Shown: piece by piece, positions 44,586 through 59,699 of the stretch
How positions within the stretch are numbered: the stretch's first letter is position 1
Layout of the letters: every line of letters starts with the position of its first letter
Assembly (NCBI GenBank): GCA_044892525.1
Contig: CM097885.1
Span: forward strand, 37,264,001 to 37,328,000
Length of the DNA stretch: 64,000 nucleotides
From: Schmidtea polychroa
Taxonomy: Eukaryota
Direction of reading: 5' to 3'
Program-made: the position numbers and the translations under genes
Notes under the pieces: generated by a model
Seen by the model: the letters and a program-made list of their open reading frames with translations, nothing else
Told to the model about the DNA's origin: nothing
Database searches by the model: none

Positions 44586-47500
44586 ATATAGGTAAACAAA
44601 AAATTAAATAAAAAAATTTAAATTTAAAAGAATTTATGAATCCAAGAATGAAGAATGCTATAATACTAAAATATATTTTTCAGTGCTCTAATCTTTAATC
44701 GGAATATTGAAAACAGAAACGAATTGGAATTTAAAGTGGTTTTTTTGTCTTATTTGAATCAAATTTGTAAATTTGTTAAAGTTAATTATTTGATATTTTC
44801 AGACGCACAAACACCCCAGCTATCCGAGAGTTTTTTATAAAGGTAACTCGACTGGGTCCTACAAATTTCTTTGACAATGCATAACAATCGTAAAACATAA
44901 CAACCATCATAATACAGAACATAAAATATACCAAATACTAATTAGTAATTAATGAATTGAATTTTGTTTAGATAAATTAGAATTGTCAAAATTCTATCAA
45001 AATAAGTTTGATTCAAAATTTGTGTTTTAAGTCAGCCGAGATGTCGGATTATATACTGATTTCTGTTGTGTACACACCTCGCATTTTATTTTATTTTATT
45101 CGATTCTTTTCTATTTTGAATTTAGTTTAACCTGATTAGTAAATTTGGATTTATTTTAATCCTTAATTTTTATTGTTTTTTATTCAATGTATTTTATCCA
45201 GATTGGTTTCTTGCCGTCGCCTTTTCGCTGAAGCGAAAGACAAGCCATTTTATTGTTTTTTACAATAAATACGTCTTGTGTGTAATTTCTTGCTGCTTTC
45301 AATGTATTATTTATGTAATATTTTATTTGATTGTGTTTTGTTTTTTATACGAGTATTATTTAGTGTATGTTCTCATTTAAAAAAGCTGTTAGCGATTTTG
45401 ATTATTTGTAACCTCCTCTCGGCTAACTCGTAAAGGTTTTTGGTTTTTTTAAAATTATTTTGATTGATCCTTTTTTTCATTTTACTTAACATTTTCTATC
45501 AGATCTACTTAACGTAGCTCAACATTTGAATAAAATTTGGTTATAGTTTGACTTTTGATTATAGACACTATCAATACAAAAACATTGTAGATAATAATTT
45601 CACATTATCTTTTACATCAATCTTAAGACGTTGACTGCCACTTCAGTTACAGATGATTGTCGCTTACTTTCCAGGTGAGAGGGTGATAGTCATCCATGAG
45701 TGGAACTTAGAATGATTATGACAAGGTAAATAGCATCAAATAAAAAATTTTAAACAATGTAAAAAATCATGATGACAGTGAAGCTGTCGAAATATATTGT
45801 ATAAATAATGTTTGAGTAGCGTGTTTTAATATTTAAATTAATGCCTTCTTAGGAAACAGTAAGAAATAAGCTAAAATAGGAAATAGTTTATTTAAAATAA
45901 ATTTAAAAATACTAATTAAATATTGCTGTTTAGTATATAAATATAAATATCAAAATCACTTAAAAAATGCTGTGTTGAAAATTCGTGAATGTCAAAAAAA
46001 ACATCGATATCTTTACTGATTCATAGTCAATTTTTTAATAAATACAATGTCAATTGAAAAGAAATCAGGGGTGAAAATCGAAAGAAGTTCTTATTAAATA
46101 TTAAATAAAAAAAAGTGGTTATTAAATATAAATAGTAATAAATTATTATTAATAATAAATAATAATAATTTAAAATTATCAAAAATAATTTGATAAATAT
46201 TTTATTTAATATAAATAAATTTTATTTAATAAGAACAAGATAGATGAGACGATTAAATTTCGCATCATTAATTGTTAAGCAACAATATGATAAAATTTGC
46301 ATACTAATTAGCGTAATTTGAATCGTATTTGTCAAACTTATATTACATATAAATAGCGTCGACAAAACCTGAAACGGAGAGAAAATCAATTTACTAAAAC
46401 TAAGTTCTATCTAACAAAGATCGAAAAGTTACAACTTGTTGTTATTATAATTCTTCAAGATTTAAGAAATGAATTATACAAATAAAGGTATTAGCAATTC
46501 ATAATTCTTGCTATTTAGCCTTACATAAAAACGATTTTTGTGTAAGACAAAATATTGGTATTATTATCGTGGTACTATTTTATCTTTGTGGTTAATTTTA
46601 ATTTTAAAAATTGGGAAAGGAATATTAGGCATTTACATAACTTAGTATAGTCAGCGATCCGTTTTTGGTATAATTTTATAATTCTATGTTACTTTTCATC
46701 AATTTTGTATTGTTACAAATAGACAAACTACAAAAGCTTTCGATACCGTTCTGAATAATTCCAAAAATGAAGTATTCGTAAATGGAAAAATAGTAATTTG
46801 TTTTATTAAAGTCACGTTGGTTTTAAGTTTTCGAACAATGATACTGGCAATTTGAAAATAGCAAGTTAGATTTAAAAGCTGGTTAAAAATTAGTTTAGAA
46901 AGTGGTAAATTGTGAACTGAGACTCTCCTTTATATAGTATTTTTCCATGCATTTGACCAATCAGAATCGACCATGTATGTTTTTGATCGGTTTTATTGTT
47001 GTGTTGGGCAAACACTAAGAAAACAAATAAATTGTTTAGTTAAAAAAATACAACTAAGAAAAAATGCCAGAAATTCAAATTGAAAACCAAGTAGAGGTGG
47101 AAAGTATAAGAAATAAATAAAAATCACAGAATAAACTAAAAAAGAAAATAAAATAAAATAAAAATTTGATAAAGACACAAAAAAGTTAAATAAGATAAAA
47201 ATGAACAATTAAAATACAAGAAAATGAAAAATACAGAAACGCTAATTAAAACAAAAAAATTAATGAGCGAAAAATAGAAGAATTTCAAATACGATGTAAA
47301 TAATGCCGATAAGTGACAAATAAAAAAGCAAAAAATAGTATGAAAGAAGATGCGGATAAACAGATCATCAGTACCAACATTTTAGAGTGAAAGTTGGAAA
47401 AAATAAGGAGAATAAAAGTTCAAAAATCAACCAAAAATGTCTGGAAAAACAATCATAGAAAGAGAAAGTGATGCAGAACGACTGATAAATAGAATAGACG

Positions 47501-47985
47501 ATTTACTACCGAGAGGTCAAGAAAAAATAACACAACAGAAAAGAGGAACAGGAAAAAAATAAATCAGGAATCCGAACCAATCAGTAGAGCCAACAACAAT
47601 ATCAAGCCAAATTTAAAACTAAGAATTTCACCAAGAACATTAGAAAATAAAATATTAGGAAAAGCCATCGCCGCTCAAGAAAGATATATGAAAAATCGAA
47701 GCTGCAATTCACAAAGACTAAAGTGTCCGTTTGATTGAATTAAATTTCATGAGTTTCATTTCGTTGTACAGTTAATTCATGTTATTCATTATACTGCTTA
47801 ATAAATAAATCTTTATTTAAAAAGTTTTAAAATTTCTCTAATTCATAAATAATATTTTTTAGAAAGTTATAAGCATATTAAGGATAAACTAAAATTAAGC
47901 TCGAGTCAAGATCGAGGAAATGCCGTATTCGTTTACCCCTAATTAACATTATTATTCTTATTCATTGGTTTCACTTATATTAGTA

Positions 47986-48175
<190 letters not shown>

Positions 48176-48649
48176 TGTTTCGGCCGATTGTGCCTTTTCA
48201 TGTTTTATGATGGAATTATCGCGTTTGTGTGCACGTTAATTATATATTATGTAATTCTTATTCGCGCCTGTGTGCGCATGCCTCTTGTGTTCTGAAATTT
48301 TCTCGAATTCTGTTTTATTTGAATTTGGATATTCGAATTAGTGTTTTAATGAAATTGGTTCATGGAAATATCGATTGTGATTGGAGATTTCGAGTTGTTT
48401 GTGTTGTGGAAATAAAATTGAATTTTCTGGAATCGTTGGTTTCTGATTTTAACGTATTAATTAAATAAAAGTGCAATCATTGGGACTGATATAAATGGAT
48501 TATAATAAAAAGAAGATGATCATCGCCTTGAAAACAATGATTGATTCTCTTACAGGGTTATTCGTTTTTATATTTACATCTATTCATTTTTATATCGACA
48601 TTTATTAATTTTTATATTGAATAATATTTTTAGATCTCTATATTTACCT

Positions 48650-49300
48650 ATGTCTCGAAAAGAGAGAAGAAACATTACAAGAGAAATTTACAATATTGTG
48701 TTAAAAATGGCCGAAGACAAAAATTGTACAATAAAAAAAATTTCTGAAATAATGCAGTTACACAGACAGACCGTAATGAAAATATTGAAAAGCAAGCAAA
48801 ACCGAGTAAATTTTGAAAAGGCCGGAGAAAAAAGGAAGAACTCGTGTAGGATTCGTAATTCTATAAATACTGAAATTGAGCAGGTTATATTTAATAATAT
48901 ATCATGTAACAATGCAATTAACAAACGAGAATTAATACAAGCCGGTCAATGAAAATTGTAACATTCAAATTTCTCAGTCTGCAGTATCTAGAAAACTTAA
49001 AAAACAATCATGGACAAGAAAAAGGCTATCCTTAATTCCGATTGAGCGTAACTCTTTAGCTAATATTAATACAAGAGCAATATATGCAAACGAAGTTTTC
49101 AGATTTTCTGATGGCAATATTATTTTCCTTGATGAAACTGGATTTAGTTTACATACTCAAAGAAGATATGGATATTCACCAGTAAATCAAAAAGCTTATA
49201 TCAGCATACCTGCAAATAAGGGAATAAACAATAGTCTAATTTGTGCAATTGGAATTGATGGTTTAATATGTTACGAATATAAGTTTGGCGCGTATAATTC
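48650..49300 (+). pseudogene. IS630/Tc1-like transposase relic
   Basis: HTH-like N-terminus, then TRKRLSLIPIERNS, IIFLDETGFSLH..RRYGYSP, SLICAIGIDG, GAYNS. Truncated with stops. Confidence 0.8.
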
Positions 49301-51782
49301 TTAATGTGTGTAGTTTTAGTTGATTTTTGCATTGAGTTTTTCTTCTCAATCATACTGGAAGACACTCCACTGAGATCATCTTCAGTTTCATTTTTGACAT
49401 CCGACAGGAGATTAGTATATATGAAAATACTAATAAATAAAAATATCAAAATTAAAAAAAGAAATTATATAAAACAATATCCATTGCAAATATTACTCAA
49501 TTAGAAAAAACAGGAATTACTAAAAATAAAATTGAAGAGTCTTGAAAATAAAAGAAAATTGAAAATACAAGGTCCATTTTGAAGATCGTAATTGTGTTCA
49601 AAGTGTGTAATATTATTTTTTCTATTTTAATAAAAGTTGCCATGATTTTATTATTTGTTAATTTTACATTTATCTACATACACTCATCTCAGTAGTCCCA
49701 ACACAGATTTTAAAGGTGACTCTGCTGGACTATATAACAATATAACTATTAACATAACATAACATTAGGTTATATGCAGATCTCAACTATTCCCTTCGCA
49801 CTGTTTCCAGCATAACTCAGAATAAAATTAGTTTAACTATCTAATATCTTTTGAATACATGAAAGATCAATTACAAAGTCAAAATTCATGCACACGGACG
49901 CGAGCCCAAAATTACACAGTCAGTCAGATGGAGAAGTCATTCCCCCATCTGAATGATCGAAGCAGGTGTTTTTAGTAATTTTATTTATTAATAATTATGT
50001 ATATAAATCATTAACAAATTTAAGGAGACAGCGTGGAATTATTTGTCAGTCATTTTTGAAAAGAATTATATCAAACCTAATAATATCCATATAAAACCGG
50101 TTGGATTAATTAGTAGTGGTATGTAAATATATAATATATTTATATAAAGATAATTATTAAACATCAGTACTTTTTGCTATTTTGCTTATTTGTTTTTTTA
50201 ATTAACAGAATGGGTTAGTAGGAAAAAGTACAGCCATATTCTGGGTTGTGTAATATCGCGCTTTAAATTTTTGGAAGTGCCCTTCTCTTGGTCTTGACCA
50301 GCCTTGATCTCTTAGAAATAATTATTCAGGGCGGTTTGAATAACCGATTATCTTTTGTTTTGTTTTCTTTTGATTATTATTTTAGTTAATTATAATTGTG
50401 TAGTAAATAATATTTTCGAAAAAACGTTATTTATTTATTTAAACCAAAACGCATTTTATATTGGAGTCACTATGTTAGTCGTATCCCACTATACGAACCT
50501 AACATTATTATCAAGTGATGAAATTAATTAAAAAACTTTCAAGTTTTATATTCCAATTTGGAACAGGGACTCATTGTATTTTATATGTATGTTTATTATC
50601 AGAGCTTATATAATTGAGTTTTCATTCAGTGCTGACAACGCTAAATTTATGAGAATATGATCCTTTATTTCATCGTATATGGTGTTTTAAAGTTTCAGAA
50701 CATATTGTTCGTTTTTCTTTGAAGTATATTTTTTTATTTTTCAATATTTTTCGTAAAATTTTAAATTTTAATTTATTCTTTGTATTTAAAATTCGTATTT
50801 AAATTTATTGGAAAAAATAAATATAGAAAAAAACATGATGTTGATCTAGAATACAAGAAAACTTGAGTAAAGTATTTCAGCTTATTTATGATGAAATTTT
50901 GGACTGATAATATTTTTAAAATGTAACAGAATATTAAATTTAATTAAAAATTTGTTATTAATATTAAAAAAAGGAATTTAAAAGTACGAAAATTCTGTCG
51001 AATAAATAAATTTCAATAATATTAAATAAGTTTATAACAGGAAATTTTATTATATAACATTTCATATAAAAATTCTTTCAGTGAACTGAAAAAGATTATT
51101 TTTTGTTGATATTGAATACATAAAAGCATCAAAAGATTTGGCAAATTGAAATGAAGTTATCCTTTAATGATTAAACGCAAGTAAAAAATCAAAACATTTT
51201 ATTATAACATAGTATTGTATTTAGCTCACTTTTTGGTATTAAACTTTATTTACTTTTAAAAATTCGCAAAACATAAACCCATATTCAATATTGTATTTCA
51301 TATTAAATTTTGTACATTTTATTTAAACGCGAAAACTTTCCCAAAAATTTTAATTTTCGGGTCAATTTTTTTAATAATAGTATATTTTTAACCTAAATTT
51401 TTAATAAATTACAAGTTATTAGACTGTATTAGACTGTCAATTGAATAGTTGAATTATTAAGAATCATTTTTCGGTCATTCTAACTTTATCTCGTCAAGAA
51501 ATAAATTAGTATAATAAAACTGGCGACAATTTTGGTTTAGATCATTCTCTGAAAATAACCAACTACTTTATTTTTTTTATTTAAATTAATTTTTGTTATT
51601 TTTTGAATGATATAATTTGATTAAATATTTTGAAATTTAAAAAAAATATTATCCGAAATGAAAATTATAGAAAAAAATAATTAATATAATTTAATTTTAT
51701 AATCATTTTTTTAATCATATTTATTAGAAATAAAAATTTTAAGTTGTTTAAATAAATATAATATTTCATCATATTTTATCAA

Positions 51783-52611
51783 ATGGTTCTTTAATTTTAA
51801 TTTATTAAATTTTATATAAAGGGTTTCTAGGCTGATATTGATTTCTCTAAAACAAAGAAGAAGAAGAAAACCAAGTTTTTGTTGGAAGGAAAGACTGATA
51901 TTCTAGTACATAACAGTGGAGATGCTTTTGATCATCCACTATCATTTGAAGGCAAAAGGAAAAAACGTAAGGATGCATTCATAATGGAAAATTCAAGTGA
52001 TAAGAGTGAATCGTATTTGGATAATTGTGAAATCGATTATTATATTTATGAACAAGTAAAATTACTAATAAAAATACATATTTATTAAATTATGTAGCTT
52101 CTTCAAAAATTTTACAGCAGAATTTATGAGAGTAATCCCCAATTAATGGCAACAGGTAAATCAAAACTGAAAATGGTTCCTCCGTCGTTAGCTAAAGTTG
52201 GAAGCAAGAAAACATCTTTTATAAATTTCTACATAATGTGTAGATCTATAAATCGTGACACATCGAGCTTGAAACAATTCTTAGAAAATGAATTGGGTAC
52301 AACAAGTAGTATTGATCAAAACAACCAGTTGCTTTTAAGAGGTCGATTTCAAAATGCTCAGATTGAAAATGTGATAAAAAATTATTGCAGTAATTTTACA
52401 TATATAAAATTTATTTAAATATAACGAATATTTAGAGGCCTATGTATTATGCAATACGTGCAATTCTAGCAATACCAAACTAGAAAAAGACAATCGTTTG
52501 CTCTTCCTAGAATGTAAGAGTTGTGGATCTCGTTACAGTGTCGATCAACAATCTGCTGGATACAAAGCTTTGACAACTAAAAGAGCTGCAATTCGTGCTA
52601 AAGCTCAATAA
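51783..52611 (+). CDS. EIF2S2: Translation initiation factor eIF2 beta, ~231 aa. Exons 51783-51785, 51831-52055, 52098-52389, 52436-52611
   Basis: Lys boxes (KTKKKKK, KRKKRK), PP...KVGSKKTSFINF, FL.NELGT.SSID.N.QL..RGRF, C2-C2 finger CNTC/CKSC, C-terminus KRAAIRAKAQ. GT-AG introns of 45, 42 and 46 nt; AATAAA at 52649. The ATG-only first exon is inferred. Confidence 0.88.
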
Positions 52612-53409
52612 ATTTATAATCTTTGGATCATTATAATTTTTTGAATTTAATAAACATTAAATCTTTTCATTTATCATAATTGGAATAATTATTGAAACGT
52701 TTACTATTCCACTAAAAGAAATGTAAAAACAAATGTTATCTTTAGAAAACTGAGAGAATCCGATGATTTACATTAAAAACTGATTCGGAATTTTTCTTGT
52801 TTTTTCAAACTGTTCCAAAAAAATAATTCAACGATTAATTTTATGATATTTGTGAAATTTTATTTTTCTCAGCGAAAAAAAGACAGTGGTATCTCTATCA
52901 GAAAAAGAGTTTAAGCTTGTAACATTACTTGATTTTTTGTATTTCCTTTTAATGTGGATTATCTGAAATTTAATGTCATATACATTTTGAATTTTTTTTA
53001 TATTTGAGGCCCTACGCAACTGAACAGAAACAGTTAATTTAAGTTGTTTTGCCCTACCAAAGAACGTCCAATTTACTTGTTTTTGTTCTTTTTACATTCT
53101 TCAGCGACCTATAATGCGTGATGCGCATTTGAACGTCGTGTACGAATCGTAGCTCCTTGTAATTGCGCCAGATTTCGTTATAAACATTATGTCTATATTT
53201 ATATTAGTAATTAATTTTTCTAATTAATTCAAACATATCAATGCTATACCTGGTTGTTTTTCACTGTTCAACTCCATAATTAGTAACGATATTATCTCAT
53301 GCTCATTGCGCCCGATGATGCTATTTTTGTTATTTCTTTGTAGATACGGCATTAAAAATATAAAAGTCAAAGAATATTTTACATTTCAGTAATTCGAATG
53401 TATTTAGCG

Positions 53410-54510
53410 AATATGATAGAAATGCTAGAGGATGAATCAGACGATGAAAATATTTTTGAAGATACAGATGAAAGCAACGATAGGTTGACTGAAGATAACA
53501 AGGAAGAACTCATTGAGAGTTTTTAATCAGAACAAAATGATGAAGAATTCAGTGATGCCGACAGCACAGATATTTTCTCGGGTAAGACAATTCCATTCAA
53601 TGGTATCGAGATATTTACAACTAGAAAAAATCGCACCGTGACTCATAATTTGTATTTGGAGCTTATAGAGAGAATCGCCAAAGATTTGAAGAACTATGGG
53701 GAACCAATGGTGAATGAGTAGAAAACTTTGGTATGAAGATTAACCTGAAACAATTTAAATTTTTGATGCGTTGTTTAAAATTTGACGATAGAAATACCCG
53801 AGATGGAAGAAAATTTATTGATAAATTTACACCAATACGAGAAATTTTTAATTAATTTCTTAAACTTTCCTGCGATGGCACAGTAAAGAAACACCAAAGA
53901 GAGCTGCCATTTGAATTTGTCACAACGAAATCCAGGGAAGTGTATTTAAGTAGTTTTGGATTCAATCTCAGTACTACATTAGTATCATATGTACAGAAGA
54001 ACAAAACTGTTATTCTTGTTTCCCGCTTTCATTACGATAAATCTCTTCATTCGTAGACAGACGAGAAAAAGAAACCATCGATAATTACATTTTAATATTC
54101 CACAAAGGGAGGAGTAGACGATGCCGACGAAATATATGCTACATTCAACGTTGCAAGGAATATAAAACGTTGGCCTATGAATATATTCTTCGTCAAGTTG
54201 AATGTTCCTGCCATAAATTCGCAGATAATTGATCTGAGAAGCGATTTGAAATCAATAAAGAGGAGTCTATTTCTGAACCAGCTTTCTCACGAACTTATGT
54301 TGTATGTTATGAAGTGAAAAAACAATCAGCATTCCACTGGATATTCATTCAAAACTGAAACAATTTCGTAATTGTAAAAAAGATAAGGAGGAAACTTTTG
54401 GAACGCCTAACAAGAGGAGAAGGTGCATTACATGCACTACAGATAGCGGACGACGTCGATTATCAAGATATGAGAGCAGTAATTTTAAGCGTGCATTGTG
54501 TATGGAACAT
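53410..54510 (+). pseudogene. piggyBac-like transposase relic
   Basis: Acidic N-terminus, RCLKFDD, GTV....RELP, TLVSY..KNKTVILVS, KKPSII....TKGGVD, RWPM.IFF and Cys-rich tail. Many lesions. Confidence 0.82.
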
Positions 54511-55457
54511 GCTACTTTTTATTGTAATAAATTGCTTTCGCTAATGTTGTAGAGCAAATGGTATAATACAGGTTTTTATTTGAGTAAGTTTGTTTTTGTA
54601 AAATTGGACTTACACATAATGCACCTGACCGAAAATGTTGACGAACTAAACAAATAAGAAAAATGTAATTATATTTATCATATATTTTAATTGTTTGGAC
54701 GAATTGAATGGATTCGATAGAGTCAAACGAAACAAAATCAAATGACCGATAAAAATGAGTTAAAACAACCCAAAAAACACTGTAGGGTAAGCTGAATCGA
54801 AAGAACAAAACGCAAAAACCGCCGCAGTTATGCAAAATGCGAAACACATCAAATAATACAATATTAATGAACAAAAAGCAATTAGATGCGAAAAAATTAC
54901 ACGACTAATAAATTAAAAACGTAAATTCCACACGAAAACTTACAAACCCTAACCCTACAAATCGTCTGAAAAAGACACAAACTAGTACAGATAATCCTAC
55001 CTGTGAAACTGAAATAAAAAGGGGACTACAAAAACCAATCAGATAAAAATAAAAACAAGAATCCCAAATATTAACAATTTAAACAAAAAAGGAAAATTAA
55101 TCAATCATGTTGAATTAATGTAAATAAGAAAATAAATCTATAATAAAGGAAGTGCCCTCAAATGATTGGTTGAGCCACGATTCAAATTACTATATAAGCC
55201 GAAGACGTATTGATAGACTCACAACACAATTTTTACTTAATTCCTAAAGCTAGTTATTAACTAATATTTAATCTAACCATTATCTTTACAAATAATTTCT
55301 AACTACTTTTTGGGAAATACTTTCGAAATTAAACTCAATCAATTAATTTGAACTCATTTGGATATACTCAGTTTGGAATTTAGTAAGGATATATACAAGG
55401 AAGGAAGCGTGGTCGATTTTTACAAATTTTTAGATGCGCGTTTCAAAATTTAAAGTA

Positions 55458-55680
55458 CACTCATACCTCGCTTTACGGCCAAATACGTTCCAGGAAAGTT
55501 GGCCGCAAAGCGAAACGCCGCATAACGAATCAAATATTTTGATACAATTCCATACACTTTCACATACACAATTCACACTTTTTTTGGCCGTATAACGAAA
55601 CATTTTAGGCCGTAAATCGAAAAAGTGCCGTAATTAAAGTAGGCCGTTATAGCGAAAAGCCGTATATTGAGGTATGAGTG
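55458..55680. mobile_element. Tc1/mariner-pogo type MITE
   Basis: TIR CACTCATACCTC / GAGGTATGAGTG; TA TSD; GGCCGTA subterminal repeats. Confidence 0.9.
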
Positions 55681-55699
55681 TATTTTGCTTGTAAATTTA

Positions 55700-56080
55700 T
55701 ATTTGTGTTTGGGAGTACCTGTGTGCGAACAAACATTTTCCAGAATGAAGTATCTGAAATCAAAGTATTTCTCGGATGATCATTTACAATCATTGCTTAT
55801 AGTGGATGTTTCATATTTTAATCTCAACTTTAAAGAAATTCTTCAGCATAAAATACAGTTCCATCATTTCCATTAAAAGTTGCATGAGATAATTTTCTAA
55901 TTATGTATAATTTGGTCATGTTTGTTTAGTATTGGTTGTATCCGTAATTAATTTTAAAAAATAAAATTCAATTCTCCCATAATCACAATGATAATTTTTA
56001 ATTCACACATTCATGTGGCCAGGCGCAAATGGATTTAAATCCTAATCTGGCTCTTGCGGCAAAAAGTTTGGATACCCTTG
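55700..56080 (+). mobile_element. hAT transposon 3' relic
   Basis: CEQTFSRMKYLKSK...DDHLQSLL dimerisation motif; end AAAAGTTTGGATACCCTTG. Confidence 0.7.
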
Positions 56081-56106
56081 ATTTAAATGAAATGCGGGCA
56101 CATTAA

Positions 56107-56445
56107 ATGGAGTCATATTTAATTCTTAGTGATGAAAATAGTTTCGGTGTGAATGAGATCTTTGATAAGATAAAGTTTATAAATAATTTACTTCCGGAAA
56201 ATATGAACTGTCCTTTAGAAACATTACAATTTCTGAAAATAAATAATTTCCAAGATGTAGTTCACAATACTTGTGTTGAACTGAGAATTTTGTTGACAAC
56301 ACCTATGACGGTCGCAACAGGTAAGCGGTGTTTTAGCAAATTAAATCTTATAAAAACTTTTCTACGGTCAACCAGTGAAAATGAAAATTTAAGTTCATTT
56401 GCTTGGTTTTCACTAGAAAATTCAATTGACAAAAAACTAAATTAG
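56107..56445 (+). pseudogene. hAT C-terminal dimerisation domain relic (second family)
   Basis: LRILLTTPMTVATGKRCFSKLNLIKTFLRST. Confidence 0.78.
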
Positions 56446-57519
56446 ATATTTTTTTAATTAATTAATTTGGTTATTTACTATTTGAAATGTGAGATAAAAA
56501 TATTTTAATTACAAAAAACATATTCGCACACAGATTTTTTCATTAAATTTGATATTTAAAATTAAAAAAATATTTTTTTGAAGATATCTAAATATGAGGT
56601 ACTCATTATAAGGAAATTCTATTTTATTAACAACTATCAGATGACGATTTTGAATAATATAATCTATTATCTGGTTTATTTACAATGATAAATGTTTGTA
56701 AACTCAAAGGTTTAATAACATTCTAGTTAATTAAATCGAGTTTCCACTGTAGATTAATACTAATATAAAAAAGGTATGTTACTGAAATTTATGTATTTAT
56801 TTTAAAATGTGGAACTGGGGAGGACGGAAAAATGAGTTTACATGGTGCACATAAAACTTAGTCGGAAAACTTAGCAAAAGGTATATATAATTTTGATATT
56901 CAGAAAGGAAAGTATTCAGTTCAAGAAGATACGGAAACAATTTGAACAATAAATCTAACATTTGTAAAAATAAAAAAACACCGGCCAAAATTCTTTAAAG
57001 GAATACTGCGAAAGAAAGTAACAGGTGTCAATATAGTGCGAACTAAAAGTAGAAAAGTTATTATAGAGGAAGAAAACAATGAACCACTATTAAAATTGAC
57101 ACAAGAAAATATATTTAAAGAAAGTTTTAAAAATCCTAGTGTACTACTGCAGCCAGTAGAAGAAATAGTAATATTAGAACAATATTAAAACAATCATCAC
57201 CTTAAAAAACGAAAAAGAAAACATTAATCTTGCAAAAATATGTTAAGCAAAAATAAGGCTAAAATTTTAGATAAAAATGAATAAATAATTATTCTATGAA
57301 CCACTGGCGGATCCATACATTCTTGTAAGGGGCGGGGGAGGGGGGGGTTATTTTTAGGTTTTTGTGACAACCGCAGGTAAACTCTCTAGTCTTTATCAAA
57401 TTATTGTATTTCAAATTTCAATAATAAATTACTTCAAAATATAATTTACAACAGTTAAAATTTGAACATTTTTGTTGACATACTTTCTTTGTACTGTGGA
57501 GGTCCACCTGCTAAAATTA

Positions 57520-59420
57520 AAAGACTGCGCTCCGGTTTCAACCGAAATTACGATGCTTCGTACATTGAGTTTGGATTTGTAGATGTGGATGAAGATGGAG
57601 TGTCAAAACCGAAGTGTGTTATCTGTGGTGATATTTTGTTAAATGATACATTGAAGCCCGCAAAAGAAAAAAGACATTTAAATACAAAACATATGGGAAT
57701 GAGTGCAAAACTTAAAGAGTTTTCTGAAAGAAGGCGCTTTGATCTTAAAATACGCCAGAAACAAATGTTTGAGATGTGACACATAAATAATTCTGCCATG
57801 TTGGCTTCCTATAAGGTCGCACTTCAAATTGCTAAGGCAAAAAAATGTTTACAATTGCTGAGACGCTGGTGAATCCTTATCTGAAAGATGTCTGCCTGGA
57901 ATTGTTTGATGATGCTGCCGTCAAAAAAGTAGCCATGGTACCACTGTCAAATGACACAATTGCTCTGAGGATTCAAGATATGGCTGATGATATCGAAAAT
58001 CAACTAATAGAGGGTATTAAAGGAGCTAAATATTTTTCATTACAGCTTGATGAAAACACAGATGTTGCCAATAAAGGTATTCTCTAGGTATATGTGCGCT
58101 ATGAGTATGAGGGTGATTTGAAAGAAGAATTTTTGTTTGCCGAATCTCTTCCAACAAATACAACCGCATGTAAAATATTTAAAATTCTTAACTACTACAT
58201 AGCTAGCAAATATGGATTAGATTGGAAGTTTTGTATTGGTGTATGTACTGATGGCGCTGCAGCATTGACAGGCAAATGTTCGGGAGTTGTCGCCAAAATT
58301 AAGGAACTAGCCTTCGAATGTAAGTCGAGGCACTGTTTTATTCACAGAGAAAGCTTGACAACAAAAAATATGTCGAAAGAACTAAATGGAGTTCTTGCAA
58401 AAAGTCGTGAAAATGGTTAATTTTGTAAAATCAAACGCTTTAAATACAAGATTATTTGCTGTGTTGTGCGAATAAATGGGGACTACCCACAAACATCTTT
58501 TATATTCCGAGGTGTGTTGGTTGTCCCGAGGAAAAGTCTTATCAAGATTATTTCAGCTCCGAATAGAGCTTGCAGAGTTTTTTCAAACAAATAAGCCAGA
58601 TTGGACAGACTTGTTTCAAAATGTTTGTGGGTAGCAAAGCTTGCATATTTGGCTGATATATTCGGTATTTTTAATGAACTCAACCTCTCCATGCAAAGAA
58701 GAATGGCTTCGTGTTTTACGGTGGCAGACCGACTTGATGGGCAAACGAAAAAACTAGAAGCACGGAAGTACCGCATTTCAAGGGTTTGTTTTGACATGTT
58801 CCATAATTTGTCTACAATTATTATTGCCGAGGAAGATGAAGAATTGAATATTTTATCTGTACGAAACGTTATTTGTCAGCATTTTACAAATTTGATACAA
58901 CGTCCACCTGAATAATATCCACCAAAAGGCTCTGAATGGATACGAAATCCTTTTAATAAAATAAGGGATAATTTGAGTGTTAGTTTGGAGAATTGGTTAT
59001 TGGAAATAGCAACTAATGGAAATCTGAAGTCAATTTTTGAAAATTCCCCAACAATTGCTTCTTTTTTTATAAAATTAAAAATAGAATATCCTGAGATTGC
59101 TGAAATTGCATTGAAAACTTTACTTCCATTTCCTTCAACCTTTGCGAGACAGTCTTTTCGACTATGTGTTATTAAAACAAAATACTGGAATTGTTTAGAT
59201 ATTCGTGCATTATTGCGAGTGTCATTATCCACAATTGAACCACGATTGACAAACTTATTAAAAACAAACAGGCACATCCGTCACATTAGTGTTTTCGTTA
59301 ATAATTTTTTTATATTGCTTATTTGTTACTTTTTTTAATAAATATTACTAATTAAAATTTATGTTTTTGGATTAGAAAAAAACAACCGGTCCGCGACACA
59401 AAAAAGTTTGAGAAGCACTG
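57520..59420 (+). mobile_element. hAT Buster/Charlie (ZBED5/SCAND3-like) transposase pseudogene with right TIR
   Basis: RNYDASYIEFGF, PKCVICG..L.N...KPAK..RHL.TKH, FTIAE.L, VPLSNDTI, FSLQLDE.TDV, CTDGAAA.TG, HCFIHRE, KLAYLADIF, LLPFPST. Ends AAAGTTTGAGAAGCACTG at 59420; left TIR not found. Confidence 0.9.
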
Positions 59421-59699
59421 ATTTAGACAAATAGTTATGAAGTTAGGAGTCACGATTTTCAGCAATGATGAAGATTTAACAATGATGATGCATGACTTCG
59501 AATTTCGAAAGTCTTTGAAAACAATATAAATATATACAATAATAAAATGATTATCAAAAATTTGAAACAATTATGATAATCAGTTTATATGATTAATAGA
59601 TACGAATACCATATTTTTTGTGCGCCACTCACATCCAGGTACGAGCGCAAAGGCAAGCCAACGATCATACGGGTATGGGCGCGAGCGATAAGTGGTTAA

